From: Escherichia phage HEMP5
Sequence record: OR424388.1
DNA: 64,000 nt
Direction: 5' to 3' (one strand)
Below, one piece after another: positions 18,193-27,214 of this stretch. The position numbers and the translations under genes are program-made. Position 1 is the first letter of the stretch. Each line of letters starts with the position of its first letter. The notes beneath the pieces are model-generated. The model worked only from the letters and a program-made list of their open reading frames with translations, made no database searches and had not been told where the DNA came from.

Positions 18193-19208
18193 TGTGTTGC
18201 CTCTACATATAGCTGATTCGCATATTGAATAAGTGCTTCACGGTCAGAATCAGTGATGTCTGGAATTGCATTAATGTATTCTTCCATCAACGTCTGAAGA
18301 GATTGAACTTCAACTTCTTCACTTTCATCTGACTCGACAGAGTTATCAATTTTTGACACAACTCGTAATGAATGCACAACTTTTTCTAGTTCAGATTCGA
18401 ACTTCGTCAGATTTTTGTCTACCTCAGTTACTATAACACGTACTGATAGATTTGTAAAATCTTTATAGTCAATTTTTCCTTTAAATGGATAATGAATTCT
18501 ACGATGCCAGGTAGTATTGTTTGGAATAAATTCCATTCGTTCTGTTTCTGTATCAAACATCCAGAACCCACGAGGGTCATTCTCGTCACCTGCAGTTAGT
18601 GTCCATGGTGTCCCAATATATCTGACGTTAGCAGCCTCAGAGATAGTATGGAAGTGACCAGACCACACTTCCTTATAAGTCTTAAGGAAATCAGGTTCAA
18701 GACCGTGAGATTTCATTCCTTTATAAAAATAAAATCCGTTCAGTTCCCAGTGACCAACGCAAAAAGAAGCAGATGAAGTTTTGATGTGTTCAAGAATTTC
18801 ACCAGTATTTTCTTCACACATCCAAGGAATTAAATCAATTAAACATCCGTCAAAATCTACTGTAGTAGGCTTATCATATACTTTAACATTAGGATATTTA
18901 GCCAAAAGCTCAGTAGAGGCATTTGGAGTTAAAGTATTTTTAAAGTGCATATCATGGTTTCCTACAACAGTATGTAGGGTAATACCAGCATCATCAAGCA
19001 TTTGAACTATTTCACGAGCGAACTCCATAGTTTTATGCGTGATTGCTTTTCGCACATCAAAAATATCGCCGTATTGAATCCATGTAGTAATTCCATTTTT
19101 CTTAGAATATTCTATTGCTTGTTTAATTCCATCCAACTGAATGGATTGAACCCACTCATCATCGGCTTTAACGCCTAAATGCCAATCACCTAAATTTAAA
19201 ATTTTCAT
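18189..19208 (-). CDS. 47: Recombination nuclease subunit (Mre11/SbcD-like), gene 47
   Basis: 339 aa. Phosphoesterase motifs LGDWH, GDIFD, GNHD, GHFH. Confidence 0.96.
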   Translation of the reverse strand: MKILNLGDWHLGVKADDEWVQSIQLDGIKQAIEYSKKNGITTWIQYGDIFDVRKAITHKTMEFAREIVQMLDDAGITLHTVVGNHDMHFKNTLTPNASTELLAKYPNVKVYDKPTTVDFDGCLIDLIPWMCEENTGEILEHIKTSSASFCVGHWELNGFYFYKGMKSHGLEPDFLKTYKEVWSGHFHTISEAANVRYIGTPWTLTAGDENDPRGFWMFDTETERMEFIPNNTTWHRRIHYPFKGKIDYKDFTNLSVRVIVTEVDKNLTKFESELEKVVHSLRVVSKIDNSVESDESEEVEVQSLQTLMEEYINAIPDITDSDREALIQYANQLYVEATQ

Positions 19209-19345
19209 ATATCAAGAACCGTCATTGAAATGCAAAATAAAATTATTGAAATAAACCCATCTGGAGTGCTAAAGAACCCAATCCAACATGCTCTAGTGAA
19301 TAGATAAAATGCAAGAAAAAGTATCACATATCCAAGAAATATCAT
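19205..19345 (-). CDS. 47.1: Small membrane protein 47.1 (46 aa)
   Basis: Hand translation MIFLGYVILFLAFYLFTRACWIGFFSTPDGFISIILFCISMTVLDI. Stop overlaps the gene 47 ATG (ATGA). Confidence 0.6.
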   Translation of the reverse strand: MIFLGYVILFLAFYLFTRACWIGFFSTPDGFISIILFCISMTVLDI

Positions 19346-19368
19346 TATATCAAACTCCGTATAAAGCT

Positions 19369-19386
19369 AAAGGGCCAAAGCCCTTT
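19369..19386 (-). terminator. Hairpin overlapping the a-gt stop
   Basis: Minus RNA AAAGGGC-UUUG-GCCCUUU. Confidence 0.55.
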
Positions 19387-20587
19387 ATTTTGTAATAATG
19401 TCAAACTGTTCTTTAAAGCAGAAGCTTGAATCTTGATGCTGATACAAAAATTCATAAGCTTTTTCGCGTTCGCGGTCATAAAGAGTTCGATCAGATGACA
19501 GTTCTTTAATACGTTCAAATGTTGATTCCATGTCATTTTCATCAAACCAAATGATACCGCTATCATGCGAGGTCAAAGGAGTATTATCAACACGGAATTT
19601 TAAATTTTCGCCAGTAGATTTCCAAAATACCGGAATTGTTCCACATGCACCAAGCTCGAGATGAGTATATTCTAAAGAACGTTGTAGATATTTTTTATCC
19701 AACTTACTCAACTGATAACCAAAACCGGATTTACTCATACGTTCAAGCATTTCGCTATTTACATAACGGTCAAGAATTTGCGTTGGCAAATTAGAAGCAA
19801 TTTTAATTTGGTCTACTTGATGAAGACGATAATACTCGTATGGAATTCCTTTTTCTTTAATAGGAATGAACGCTGGAGAACGTTCCAGACCTTCCATAAT
19901 AGTACTTAGTCCTGCAGGTTTAAGATGTTTTTCATGAAAATCAAACATCTGATAAAAACCTTTCCATGTGGTCGTACGACCAATCCAACGGTTGATATTC
20001 ATGTTAATTTCAGAAACATCTTTCCAGTAGGTTGACCGAACCTTCGCAATATCCATAGGAGGCTGAAAGTTATATACTGTCGGTGCTTCTTCAATATCAT
20101 CAAACAGAGAAACTGTTTCAGGATACCATTCTTTCATCAGAACTTTATTAAAATCACCATTATCAGAATGGCTAAAAATAACATCAGCTCGACGAACAGT
20201 TTCTTCTAATCCCAAATTTCGGCGCAAAGAAAGAGAAGAATGGTCATGTTGATAAACTACAACACGAACAGAAGGTTTAATGTTATCAATAATTTTTTTA
20301 TAGTTATTAATAGTGTCTTCTTCAACCGAAGTAGCAGGAACTGAATTGATAATTAGAATATCACAATCATTTACCAGCTTAAGTGTTTTATCATATTCTT
20401 TTGCCAATAAAACCGGAATTGAAAATGATTTATAATCATGCGCGCAATTACGAGTAAATGATTTATCTTTAGCATAAACCAAAGTTACTTCATGACCATT
20501 CTTAATAAACCAATCACGTTGCTCAAGAGAAAATTTAGTTACACCACAACCTTCAAGACCTCGAGCCATAAAAATACATACTTTCAT
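19385..20587 (-). CDS. a-gt: DNA alpha-glucosyltransferase
   Basis: 400 aa, MKVCIFMARGLEGCGVTKFSLEQRDWFIKNGHEVTLVYAKDKSF... Matches T4 a-gt in length and sequence. Confidence 0.96.
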   Translation of the reverse strand: MKVCIFMARGLEGCGVTKFSLEQRDWFIKNGHEVTLVYAKDKSFTRNCAHDYKSFSIPVLLAKEYDKTLKLVNDCDILIINSVPATSVEEDTINNYKKIIDNIKPSVRVVVYQHDHSSLSLRRNLGLEETVRRADVIFSHSDNGDFNKVLMKEWYPETVSLFDDIEEAPTVYNFQPPMDIAKVRSTYWKDVSEINMNINRWIGRTTTWKGFYQMFDFHEKHLKPAGLSTIMEGLERSPAFIPIKEKGIPYEYYRLHQVDQIKIASNLPTQILDRYVNSEMLERMSKSGFGYQLSKLDKKYLQRSLEYTHLELGACGTIPVFWKSTGENLKFRVDNTPLTSHDSGIIWFDENDMESTFERIKELSSDRTLYDREREKAYEFLYQHQDSSFCFKEQFDIITK

Positions 20588-20611
20588 TTAATATCCTCTT
20601 TGTTTTGGTTT

Positions 20612-20637
20612 ATTTTACCAAAAATTTATAAAGCAAT
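20612..20637 (-). promoter_or_regulatory. MotA-dependent middle promoter candidate for a-gt
   Basis: Minus strand ATTGCTTTA, 11 nt, then TAAAAT, upstream of the a-gt Shine-Dalgarno (AAGAGGA). Confidence 0.5.
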
Positions 20638-20657
20638 ATAGGAGCCGAAGCTCCTAT
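20638..20657 (-). terminator. C(UUCG)G hairpin
   Basis: Minus RNA AUAGGAGC-UUCG-GCUCCUAU, overlapping the stop of the 57-aa ORF. Confidence 0.65.
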
Positions 20658-20827
20658 CCACATAATACGCCATACAGAGGCTCGTTAGAACTTTTAAATT
20701 TTATGCGCTTATATTTTATAGTTCCTTCTGCTTTAGCTTTATCATGAGACTCTTTAAAGCGTCTCATCATTTCCTCTTTAGAGGAACGAATTTTATTATA
20801 ATCTATTTCAGAAGTCTGGGTGTTCAT
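20654..20827 (-). CDS. Small basic protein (57 aa)
   Basis: Hand translation MNTQTSEIDYNKIRSSKEEMMRRFKESHDKAKAEGTIKYKRIKFKSSNEPLYGVLCG. Tightly packed after the upstream ORF. Confidence 0.5.
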   Translation of the reverse strand: MNTQTSEIDYNKIRSSKEEMMRRFKESHDKAKAEGTIKYKRIKFKSSNEPLYGVLCG

Positions 20828-20830
20828 CTT

Positions 20831-21034
20831 TCATAACTGCCACCATTTTTTGACTTGATAAGAATCAACCCACACTTTCATATTAGGGTCTGCTCTTACA
20901 ATAGGAGGATTAACTTCTTTAATTGAACTATCATGGTATTCTTTTTCAGAAATTTTCACACAAAGATGACCATTCAAAGATTCAGTAAATCCTGCATTAA
21001 TTTTAAGACGCTTGAATTTTACGTGTGTAAGCAT
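20831..21034 (-). CDS. Hypothetical protein (67 aa)
   Basis: ORF track 20831..21037 begins at a TTG. The first ATG is at 21034. Confidence 0.55.
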   Translation of the reverse strand: MLTHVKFKRLKINAGFTESLNGHLCVKISEKEYHDSSIKEVNPPIVRADPNMKVWVDSYQVKKWWQL

Positions 21035-21320
21035 CAATCATATCCTCAATTTGCGATCTAGTAGTCTTCCAAAGAATACTGATGAGTTCATCGTTATATG
21101 GCTGTTTTAGAATATCCCGACTTTTCTTGATAGCATATTCGTATTGAGCAAAATTATTGTTTTCAGCTGCAGTCTGAGCGTGCTTATAAAGACGATTCAG
21201 TTCGCGTTTGTTTTTAGACAATAACTTATTTGCTTTTCTTTCTGCTTCAAGACGGTTCTTTTCTTCAATAGAAGAAATAAGCTTTTCCACTTCATCATTA
21301 ATTTCGGGTTTATCAGTCAT
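21003..21320 (-). CDS. Hypothetical coiled-coil protein (105 aa)
   Basis: ORF track. ATG 1 nt after the upstream stop. Confidence 0.75.
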   Translation of the reverse strand: MTDKPEINDEVEKLISSIEEKNRLEAERKANKLLSKNKRELNRLYKHAQTAAENNNFAQYEYAIKKSRDILKQPYNDELISILWKTTRSQIEDMIDAYTRKIQAS

Positions 21321-21321
21321 A

Positions 21322-21540
21322 TTATTTCTCTAATATAAAATAAAAATCATCATCTGTTAAATGATACCTGTAATTTAATTCTACACCATTAGATTTAAAA
21401 GCGGTATCATACGGATTTTCTGGATCAATATCAATGTCAAGAGCTAAAACTTCCCTGAGATACATTTTAAGTAAATAGGGAATAGCTTCAACTTCAGGTA
21501 TTTCTTCCAAGAATCCGGAGAGGTTAATCGTTAGCCTCAT
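21322..21540 (-). CDS. Hypothetical acidic protein (72 aa)
   Basis: ORF track. ATG lies inside the 3' end of gene 55 (17-nt overlap). Confidence 0.7.
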
Positions 21541-22081
21541 ATAAAAAATCCAAACTAGGAGAATCGTCTACAACACTTTTCTTTTCAGCCCCCGGTGTTC
21601 TATAGGTTGATTCTTCGTAATGCGTCATTTTATCGTAGATGTCTTGAATAAAAGTTTCATCTACTAACGCAACCATATCGTCGTCACGACTGTCATAGAC
21701 ATTGTGAACGAAGTAACTATATTTCTTTGCAACTTCCTTACGTTCTTTTTTAATACGTTGGACGAATGCATTAAAACAAGCTTGAGTTATATATGCATGT
21801 GGGTTTTTATATTTCGTTTCATCAAAATTGTGAAGCCCCTTAATAGAAGCTTCTATACCATCTGCAATCATTTCTTGTTTCCAAGACTGGGTGTATCCTG
21901 AAAAGTTGAAACGCTTAGATAAGCCTTCTGCAATAAGCATAATGGCTAATCCGATAGTATCATTCTGACGAACTACTTTATTTGGGTCTTTATTATTTGC
22001 TAATTCTGTTTTCCAATCAATAATAGCTTGTAAAAGCTCTTTATTGTTTACGTAATTATATTTAGGCTTAGTTTCTGACAT
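21524..22081 (-). CDS. 55: Late-transcription sigma factor gp55
   Basis: ORF track 21524..22087 begins at a GTG. The ATG at 22081 after GAGGTGAAA ([23 protein letters not shown]...) gives 185 aa, as in T4 gp55. Confidence 0.96.
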
Positions 22082-22159
22082 TTTCACCTCTTAGCTCAAT
22101 TCATAGATCTATTATATCATAATATTTGAAGATCTATCTTAAAGCATAGAGGATATCAG

Positions 22160-22429
22160 TTATCTAAGTAAACAGTATGCTTGGAATACTTTCTCCATCA
22201 TCTTTTTAAATTCATGAATATCTATATAATGACTAGTTAGATCAGCATGATATAAAAAGTCTAAAAACTTTTCATGTGTACTAACATATTCACTTTCATT
22301 TAATTCAGAAACATGGCTTTCCCAATATCCAACACCAGTCTTATTTGGGAAAAATGAAATTTTCATGTATTGGTCAACATAGAAAATGCCATAATTTTCA
22401 ATAGTAATAGAAATATTAATAAATTTCAT
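22160..22429 (-). CDS. Hypothetical protein (89 aa)
   Basis: ORF track. ATGA-type overlap with the upstream ORF. Confidence 0.7.
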   Translation of the reverse strand: MKFINISITIENYGIFYVDQYMKISFFPNKTGVGYWESHVSELNESEYVSTHEKFLDFLYHADLTSHYIDIHEFKKMMEKVFQAYCLLR

Positions 22430-22641
22430 ACATTCATCAACTTAGCCGCTCCAAGAGCTGCATCTAGTGAATCAAATTGGTCAACATATTCAATCAATTC
22501 GCCGTAATTGGCATATAACCACCATTGGCTAAATTCATACTCAAGGATGAATCCATTTCCTTCAATTTGAGTTAAACCATTGCCGTTTGTATTTACTTCA
22601 TATCCGGCAAGACGCAAATCGTTAATAAGAGCTTCGTTCAT
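22426..22641 (-). CDS. Hypothetical acidic protein (71 aa)
   Basis: ORF track. Tight packing with neighbours. Confidence 0.7.
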   Translation of the reverse strand: MNEALINDLRLAGYEVNTNGNGLTQIEGNGFILEYEFSQWWLYANYGELIEYVDQFDSLDAALGAAKLMNV

Positions 22642-22643
22642 AA

Positions 22644-22970
22644 TTATACCTTAGTAATTTTCAGGTCTGCAAATTTTTTCTTGCGTTGATTTTTCATGCG
22701 ACGAATAGTTTTATCGGAAATTTCATGCTTTTGATAAGCTTTAGATTCTACACCAAAAGCTTTAACATCAAATTCTGACAAGATATATTGAACCAACAAT
22801 TCACGGACAGTATTGCGTCCAATCTTCTGATCATTCTGTTTCATCATTTGATGAAGCTCTTTTTCCCATTTATCCAAAATTTGAGGAGTTACAATATCGC
22901 CTTTTTCTAGCAAAGAAACTACTTTATCATATGCGTAAGAATTGATGGCGTTTTTAATTTGAATAGTCAT
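22644..22970 (-). CDS. Hypothetical protein with basic C-terminus (108 aa)
   Basis: ORF track. Confidence 0.75.
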   Translation of the reverse strand: MTIQIKNAINSYAYDKVVSLLEKGDIVTPQILDKWEKELHQMMKQNDQKIGRNTVRELLVQYILSEFDVKAFGVESKAYQKHEISDKTIRRMKNQRKKKFADLKITKV

Positions 22971-23008
22971 ACATTATCCTCAATTGCGTTAAAATTTTAT
23001 TATCCAAA

Positions 23009-23024
23009 AAGGGCCGAAGCCCTT
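23009..23024 (-). terminator. C(UUCG)G hairpin
   Basis: Minus RNA AAGGGC-UUCG-GCCCUU, overlapping the stop codon at 23023. Confidence 0.65.
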
Positions 23025-23223
23025 AGCTAAACTTTTTGGCACCCTTCCAGCCTTCGTACATCATTGCGACTGACAATGACAAAGCTCCTTCGCATGCTGT
23101 GTACTTATTATTCCAGAACCAATTTAGAAAAACTTCGTCCTCAATACCATTGTGTTTCATGTTCTGGAAAAATTTGGCGCGTTCTTCACGAAGCTTTTGC
23201 GATAACATAGATTCAGGATTCAT
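23023..23223 (-). CDS. Hypothetical protein (66 aa)
   Basis: ORF track. Confidence 0.7.
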   Translation of the reverse strand: MNPESMLSQKLREERAKFFQNMKHNGIEDEVFLNWFWNNKYTACEGALSLSVAMMYEGWKGAKKFS

Positions 23224-23355
23224 TTAAATTTCCCAATTACCATTTTCATCAATGAATTTAATCCAGTCATTTACTGACCACTTAGTTGTATCGCCTTTTG
23301 GAGTAACATTTAAAGTGTATAACCCCTGCTTAAAAAGCATTCGTTTGATATTCAT
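23224..23355 (-). CDS. Hypothetical small protein (43 aa)
   Basis: ORF track 23224..23439. The ATG at 23355 follows GAGGAAAAT and avoids overlap with the upstream gene (MNIKRMLFKQGLYTLNVTPKGD...). Confidence 0.55.
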   Translation of the reverse strand: MNIKRMLFKQGLYTLNVTPKGDTTKWSVNDWIKFIDENGNWEI

Positions 23356-23362
23356 ATTTTCC

Positions 23363-23656
23363 TCAGCTGTAACGATAACACTCGTTTGATTTGCGCTTAG
23401 CAACTCGTTGAGATGTATTATAATCAAAATCATCGTCAATGTAAACTGATTTTTTCAACTTTCTTACTTCACCACGCAGTTGACGATTCAATTCATTCTT
23501 AACCTCTGAATCAACACCTCGCATACGTCGCCATTTATCTGAACGAAAAATGTTTTCAACCATATCTTTATGACTTACCCCATCAGGAGCTTTACGCTTT
23601 CCGAAATAGTCATAATCACGAACTTTCAAGTCTTTACGACGATACGTTTTACCCAT
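23363..23656 (-). CDS. Hypothetical highly basic protein (97 aa)
   Basis: ORF track 23363..23701. The ATG at 23656 follows AAGGAA (MGKTYRRKDLKVRDYDYFGKRK...). Confidence 0.7.
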   Translation of the reverse strand: MGKTYRRKDLKVRDYDYFGKRKAPDGVSHKDMVENIFRSDKWRRMRGVDSEVKNELNRQLRGEVRKLKKSVYIDDDFDYNTSQRVAKRKSNECYRYS

Positions 23657-23831
23657 GGAGTTTAATTTCCTTAGCAACTGAACTAAATACAGCACGATCA
23701 CAAATCATGTGTTTATGTAACTTAAGTATAAGATAATAAACATCATAACCATTTACGTAAGTAACACGAACAACATTACCATTAATAAAATAATATTGTC
23801 CCTTTTTAATTTCTTTATCAACCACAACCAT
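23649..23831 (-). CDS. Hypothetical protein (60 aa)
   Basis: ORF track. First gene after an early promoter, with a GAGGAA Shine-Dalgarno. Confidence 0.7.
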   Translation of the reverse strand: MVVVDKEIKKGQYYFINGNVVRVTYVNGYDVYYLILKLHKHMICDRAVFSSVAKEIKLHG

Positions 23832-23861
23832 ATCAATTCCTCAAAGGTAATTCATATGTTA

Positions 23862-23891
23862 ATAATACCACGGTTTGAACTTGTTGTAAAC
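23862..23891 (-). promoter_or_regulatory. T4-type early promoter
   Basis: Minus strand TTTTCACAAAGTTGTTTACA-N17-(G)GTATTAT. Confidence 0.75.
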
Positions 23892-23960
23892 AACTTTGTG
23901 AAAAATATTTTAGGGAATGACAAGAAGGGAACGATAGCTTAGAATGGTAATATACAGAAT

Positions 23961-23985
23961 GTAAGAAAGAAAGGCCCAGAGGGCC
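23961..23985 (-). terminator. Intrinsic terminator after nrdH
   Basis: Minus RNA GGCCC-UCU-GGGCC followed by UUUCUUUCUU, 5 nt after the nrdH stop. Confidence 0.65.
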
Positions 23986-23989
23986 CGTC

Positions 23990-24313
23990 TTAGTCTTCTA
24001 TGATATCTCTATCATATCCAAGTGAAATGAGAGTTTCTTTGAAGTGTTTAATGTTCTTTTGTCTAGAATCATTGATGAAAATGACTGGATAACGAATGTT
24101 AAGAGATGTGAATCCAGCGCGTTTAGCAAGAGATACAATCAGTGGACGATCATACTCAATCTTACCATTATTTGTAAGAACTTTATAGAAAGTAAAAGGA
24201 GCATTAAGCTCCTTTAGAAGTTTTGTAACTGATTGACATCCAGGACAACGACCTACTTCATCTGGAATTCCATAGACTTCAATCTTATTCTTTAAGTTCG
24301 AGTTTTGTTCCAC
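23990..24313 (-). CDS. nrdH: NrdH-like glutaredoxin
   Basis: ORF track 23990..24442. Redox motif GRCPGCQ. No ATG lies near the conserved N-terminus (KIEVYGIP). The GTG at 24313 sits 9 nt after AAGGAA and gives 107 aa. Start is inferred. Confidence 0.8.
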   Translation of the reverse strand: MEQNSNLKNKIEVYGIPDEVGRCPGCQSVTKLLKELNAPFTFYKVLTNNGKIEYDRPLIVSLAKRAGFTSLNIRYPVIFINDSRQKNIKHFKETLISLGYDRDIIED

Positions 24314-24596
24314 GAGAAATAATTCCTTGATAAGCCCAGTATGGCGGGTTAACAGAATCATCGCCAGAATTTTCTTCAGGAAAATAAACCTGGATAACAA
24401 ATCCAGATGCATCAAAGGTAAAATAAACCGTAGGTAATTCACCTAACAATTCAGCGCGGTTATTAATTTCTTCAAGTTCTCGTTCTCGTCCAGCCCAAAA
24501 ACTAGGATTTAGACTACATTCATAGAAATAATAGTCATTACCGAACATATCAAAACCCTTCCAACTCTCTACCACATATCGCTCAAAACTAATCAT
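24285..24596 (-). CDS. Hypothetical protein (103 aa)
   Basis: ORF track. Confidence 0.75.
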   Translation of the reverse strand: MISFERYVVESWKGFDMFGNDYYFYECSLNPSFWAGRERELEEINNRAELLGELPTVYFTFDASGFVIQVYFPEENSGDDSVNPPYWAYQGIISRGTKLELKE

Positions 24597-24598
24597 AA

Positions 24599-24814
24599 TT
24601 AGGCCTTTTTATCAAGAACAGCATTCAGTTTGTTAGTAATTTTATCCAGACGCTCATTGAACTCGCTAGAAGATAAGCCTTTTTCTGGAGAAATTAAGCT
24701 AATCACGAAAAATATAGCAATAAAAGGAATAAGAAAAATAGCACCAACTGCCATAAACAAAAAGAACGTTACAGTTGTAAGAAAATCAGCTAAACCTTTA
24801 CGAAATTTATACAT
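24599..24814 (-). CDS. Small membrane protein (71 aa)
   Basis: ORF track. Hydrophobic segment TVTFFLFMAVGAIFLIPFIAIFFVISLI. Confidence 0.75.
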   Translation of the reverse strand: MYKFRKGLADFLTTVTFFLFMAVGAIFLIPFIAIFFVISLISPEKGLSSSEFNERLDKITNKLNAVLDKKA

Positions 24815-24823
24815 ATTTTACCC

Positions 24824-24937
24824 TTAATTGATTAACCAAGCATTGATAAGCACTAAACTATATTGCGAATAAAATTCTGGACCAAAATGAAAAATCATAT
24901 CATTTATAGTATCCATAATGTAATTCAATTTAATCAT
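24824..24937 (-). CDS. Possible small protein (37 aa)
   Basis: The ATG overlaps the last codons of nrdG (CATGATTAA). Tail of ORF-track entry 24824..25048. MIKLNYIMDTINDMIFHFGPEFYSQYSLVLINAWLIN. Confidence 0.35.
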   Translation of the reverse strand: MIKLNYIMDTINDMIFHFGPEFYSQYSLVLINAWLIN

Positions 24938-25400
24938 GTGTCCACACCCCATCGGTATTTGACCAAAGTCGCTGATTATCTGATCCTCGCCACAGCTTTT
25001 TGGTCGGAAGATTTTTCTCATACTTCCCATCAATAATAACATCAACATATTTAAGCATTTCTAGTTGTTTAATATCTTCAAACTTATATCCTGTCCACAA
25101 CCAAATGCTTTTATTGGGATAAAGATTTTTAATAGTTTGAACCACAGAGTGAATCACGTCTCTGTTATCAGGATAGAGAGGGTCACCTCCGGTTATAGTC
25201 AATCCTTCTATATAATCATTATTCAAACATTCAATTAATTGTTCTAGTGTTTCACCAGTGAATGGAACACCATTTCTAGCATTCCATGTTGATTTATTAT
25301 AACACCCTTCACATTTATGCAAACAACCTGTAACGAAAAGAACGGTCCTGCAGCCAGGACCATTAACAAAATCGCAAGGATAAAATCTATCATAATTCAT
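24930..25400 (-). CDS. nrdG: Anaerobic ribonucleotide reductase activating enzyme (radical SAM)
   Basis: 156 aa. CxxxCxxC cluster motif CLHKCEGC. Confidence 0.95.
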   Translation of the reverse strand: MNYDRFYPCDFVNGPGCRTVLFVTGCLHKCEGCYNKSTWNARNGVPFTGETLEQLIECLNNDYIEGLTITGGDPLYPDNRDVIHSVVQTIKNLYPNKSIWLWTGYKFEDIKQLEMLKYVDVIIDGKYEKNLPTKKLWRGSDNQRLWSNTDGVWTHD

Positions 25401-27214
25401 TGGTGCTTAACCCTATGCATGATTTCTTTATTTTTGCCGAGATTAAATCCGCGTTCGTTCGGATTTCCCAAATAACCACATGTTCTTCTTATTGTGTTCA
25501 TCTTTTTAGGATCAGTTTCTCCACAAATAGAACAAACAAATCCGTTTTCAGTAGGAGTCATTTCATGGGTACTTCCACATGTAAAACATTTATCTACTGG
25601 CATATTAACACCAAAATAATCTAAATGTTGTGCAGCATAATCCCAGACAGCCTCAAGACCTTTTAGGTTATTTTTCATATCAGGAAGTTCAACATAAGAA
25701 ATGTGACCACCTGTCGCAATGAAATGATATGGGGCTTCGCGAGAAATCTTTTCAAACGGAGTAATATTTTCTTCTACTGAAACATGGAAACTGTTAGTGT
25801 ACCATCCTTTATCGGTAACATCTTTTACACTTCCATATTTTTCTGTATCAAGTTTACAGAAGCGATAACAAAGGTTTTCAGCAGGAGTCGAATACAAACT
25901 AAAAGCAAACCCAGTTCTTTCAGCCCACTGTTTAAGACGAGCATTCATTTTAGTTAAAATTTCTTGTCCAATATCACGACCGACAAGAATATTCAATTCA
26001 TGAATACCAATGTATCCTAAAGACACTGAACTTCTACCGTTTTTAAATAACTCAATTATGTCGTCATCAGGTTTAAGACGAACCCCGAATGCACCTTCTT
26101 GATAAAGAATAGGAGCAACAGTAGCTTTAACTCCTTTTAAGGAACTAATTCTACACATCAAAGCTTCAAAACATAAATCCATTCGCTCATTGAACAATTC
26201 GATAAATTTCTGTTCATTGAACTGTGTTCCAATATAAGAATCCAACGCAATACGAGGAAGATTCAGTGTTACAACACCAAGATTATTACGTCCATCAAGA
26301 ATTTCATTACCGGTTGAATCTTTCCACGCACTCAAGAAACTGCGGCAACCCATTGGAGAAACAGGAATAGATGAGCCGGTGATAGCTTTATTGTTCTTAG
26401 CTGAAATAATATCAGGATACATTCTTTTGCTTGCACACTCTAGAGCAAGCTGCTTAATATCATAGTTCGGATCGTCTTTATAAAGATTAACACCTTCTTC
26501 AACGAACATAACAAGCTTAGGGAAAATAGGAGTTATCCCATCACGACCGAGGCCTTTAATACGATTTTTCAGAATTGCTTTCTGAATCATTCGTTCAGTC
26601 CAGTCAGTTCCCGTACCAAATGTAATTGTTACAAAAGGAGTCTGTCCGTTTGAACTAAAGAGAGTATTTACTTCATATTCATAAGCTTGGAATGCATCGT
26701 ATACATCTTTTTCTGTTTTAGATTGAGCATAATTTAACGCATCAGCGATTTGCCATTTTTCTGCATCCTCAATATGTTTTGCATAGGTGCGTTTAACATA
26801 AGGAGAAAGTACTTTATCTACATTCGCAAAAGTCGTTCCGCCGTATTGGTGAGAAGCAACTTGCGCAGTAATTTGTGCCATAATTGCAGTAGCAACTCCA
26901 ATTGATTTAGGAGTTTCAATCTGTGCATTACCTAGCTTAAATCCGTTTTCAAGCATTCCTTTTAAATCTACTAAACAACAATTAGTAAATGGAAGAGCAG
27001 GGGAATAATCAATATCATGGAAATGAATAATTCCGCTTTCATGCGCTTTCATAATAAAAGACGGGACCATATTTTTGGCAATGTGTTTAGACACAATACC
27101 AGCCATAAGGTCCCGTTGAGTTGGAAAAACACGAGAATCTTTATTAGCATTCTCGTTTAAAAGGTCTTTATTAGTTTTATGAATCAATCCTTCAATTTCT
27201 TTTTCAATTGTCAT
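25397..27214 (-). CDS. nrdD: Anaerobic ribonucleoside-triphosphate reductase (glycyl radical), uninterrupted
   Basis: 605 aa in one continuous ORF. C-terminal zinc ribbon CFTCGS...CSICG and glycyl-radical motif RRTCGY. Confidence 0.96.
   Translation of the reverse strand: MTIEKEIEGLIHKTNKDLLNENANKDSRVFPTQRDLMAGIVSKHIAKNMVPSFIMKAHESGIIHFHDIDYSPALPFTNCCLVDLKGMLENGFKLGNAQIETPKSIGVATAIMAQITAQVASHQYGGTTFANVDKVLSPYVKRTYAKHIEDAEKWQIADALNYAQSKTEKDVYDAFQAYEYEVNTLFSSNGQTPFVTITFGTGTDWTERMIQKAILKNRIKGLGRDGITPIFPKLVMFVEEGVNLYKDDPNYDIKQLALECASKRMYPDIISAKNNKAITGSSIPVSPMGCRSFLSAWKDSTGNEILDGRNNLGVVTLNLPRIALDSYIGTQFNEQKFIELFNERMDLCFEALMCRISSLKGVKATVAPILYQEGAFGVRLKPDDDIIELFKNGRSSVSLGYIGIHELNILVGRDIGQEILTKMNARLKQWAERTGFAFSLYSTPAENLCYRFCKLDTEKYGSVKDVTDKGWYTNSFHVSVEENITPFEKISREAPYHFIATGGHISYVELPDMKNNLKGLEAVWDYAAQHLDYFGVNMPVDKCFTCGSTHEMTPTENGFVCSICGETDPKKMNTIRRTCGYLGNPNERGFNLGKNKEIMHRVKHQ

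Noticed and set aside
19345-19566. Same-strand alternative-frame ORFs inside long genes (19345-19566 in a-gt; also 41907-42092, 45777-45974, 31699-31890, 36800-36994, 7450-7644, 9974-10159, 11180-11371, 17253-17516)
   Set aside because: They are embedded in genes with strong homology, have no RBS, and their translations are compositionally odd. They are treated as spurious.
20618-20630. TATAAATT upstream of a-gt, and TATATAAA at 1222-1230, as possible late promoters
   Set aside because: T4 late promoters are very strict (TATAAATA). These differ in the last positions, and the a-gt site is better explained as the spacer of a MotA-type middle promoter.
24824-25048. 74-aa ORF overlapping the 3' half of nrdG in another frame
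   Set aside because: Most of it overlaps the well-supported nrdG coding frame. Only the last 37 codons, downstream of the nrdG stop, are kept as a low-confidence small ORF.
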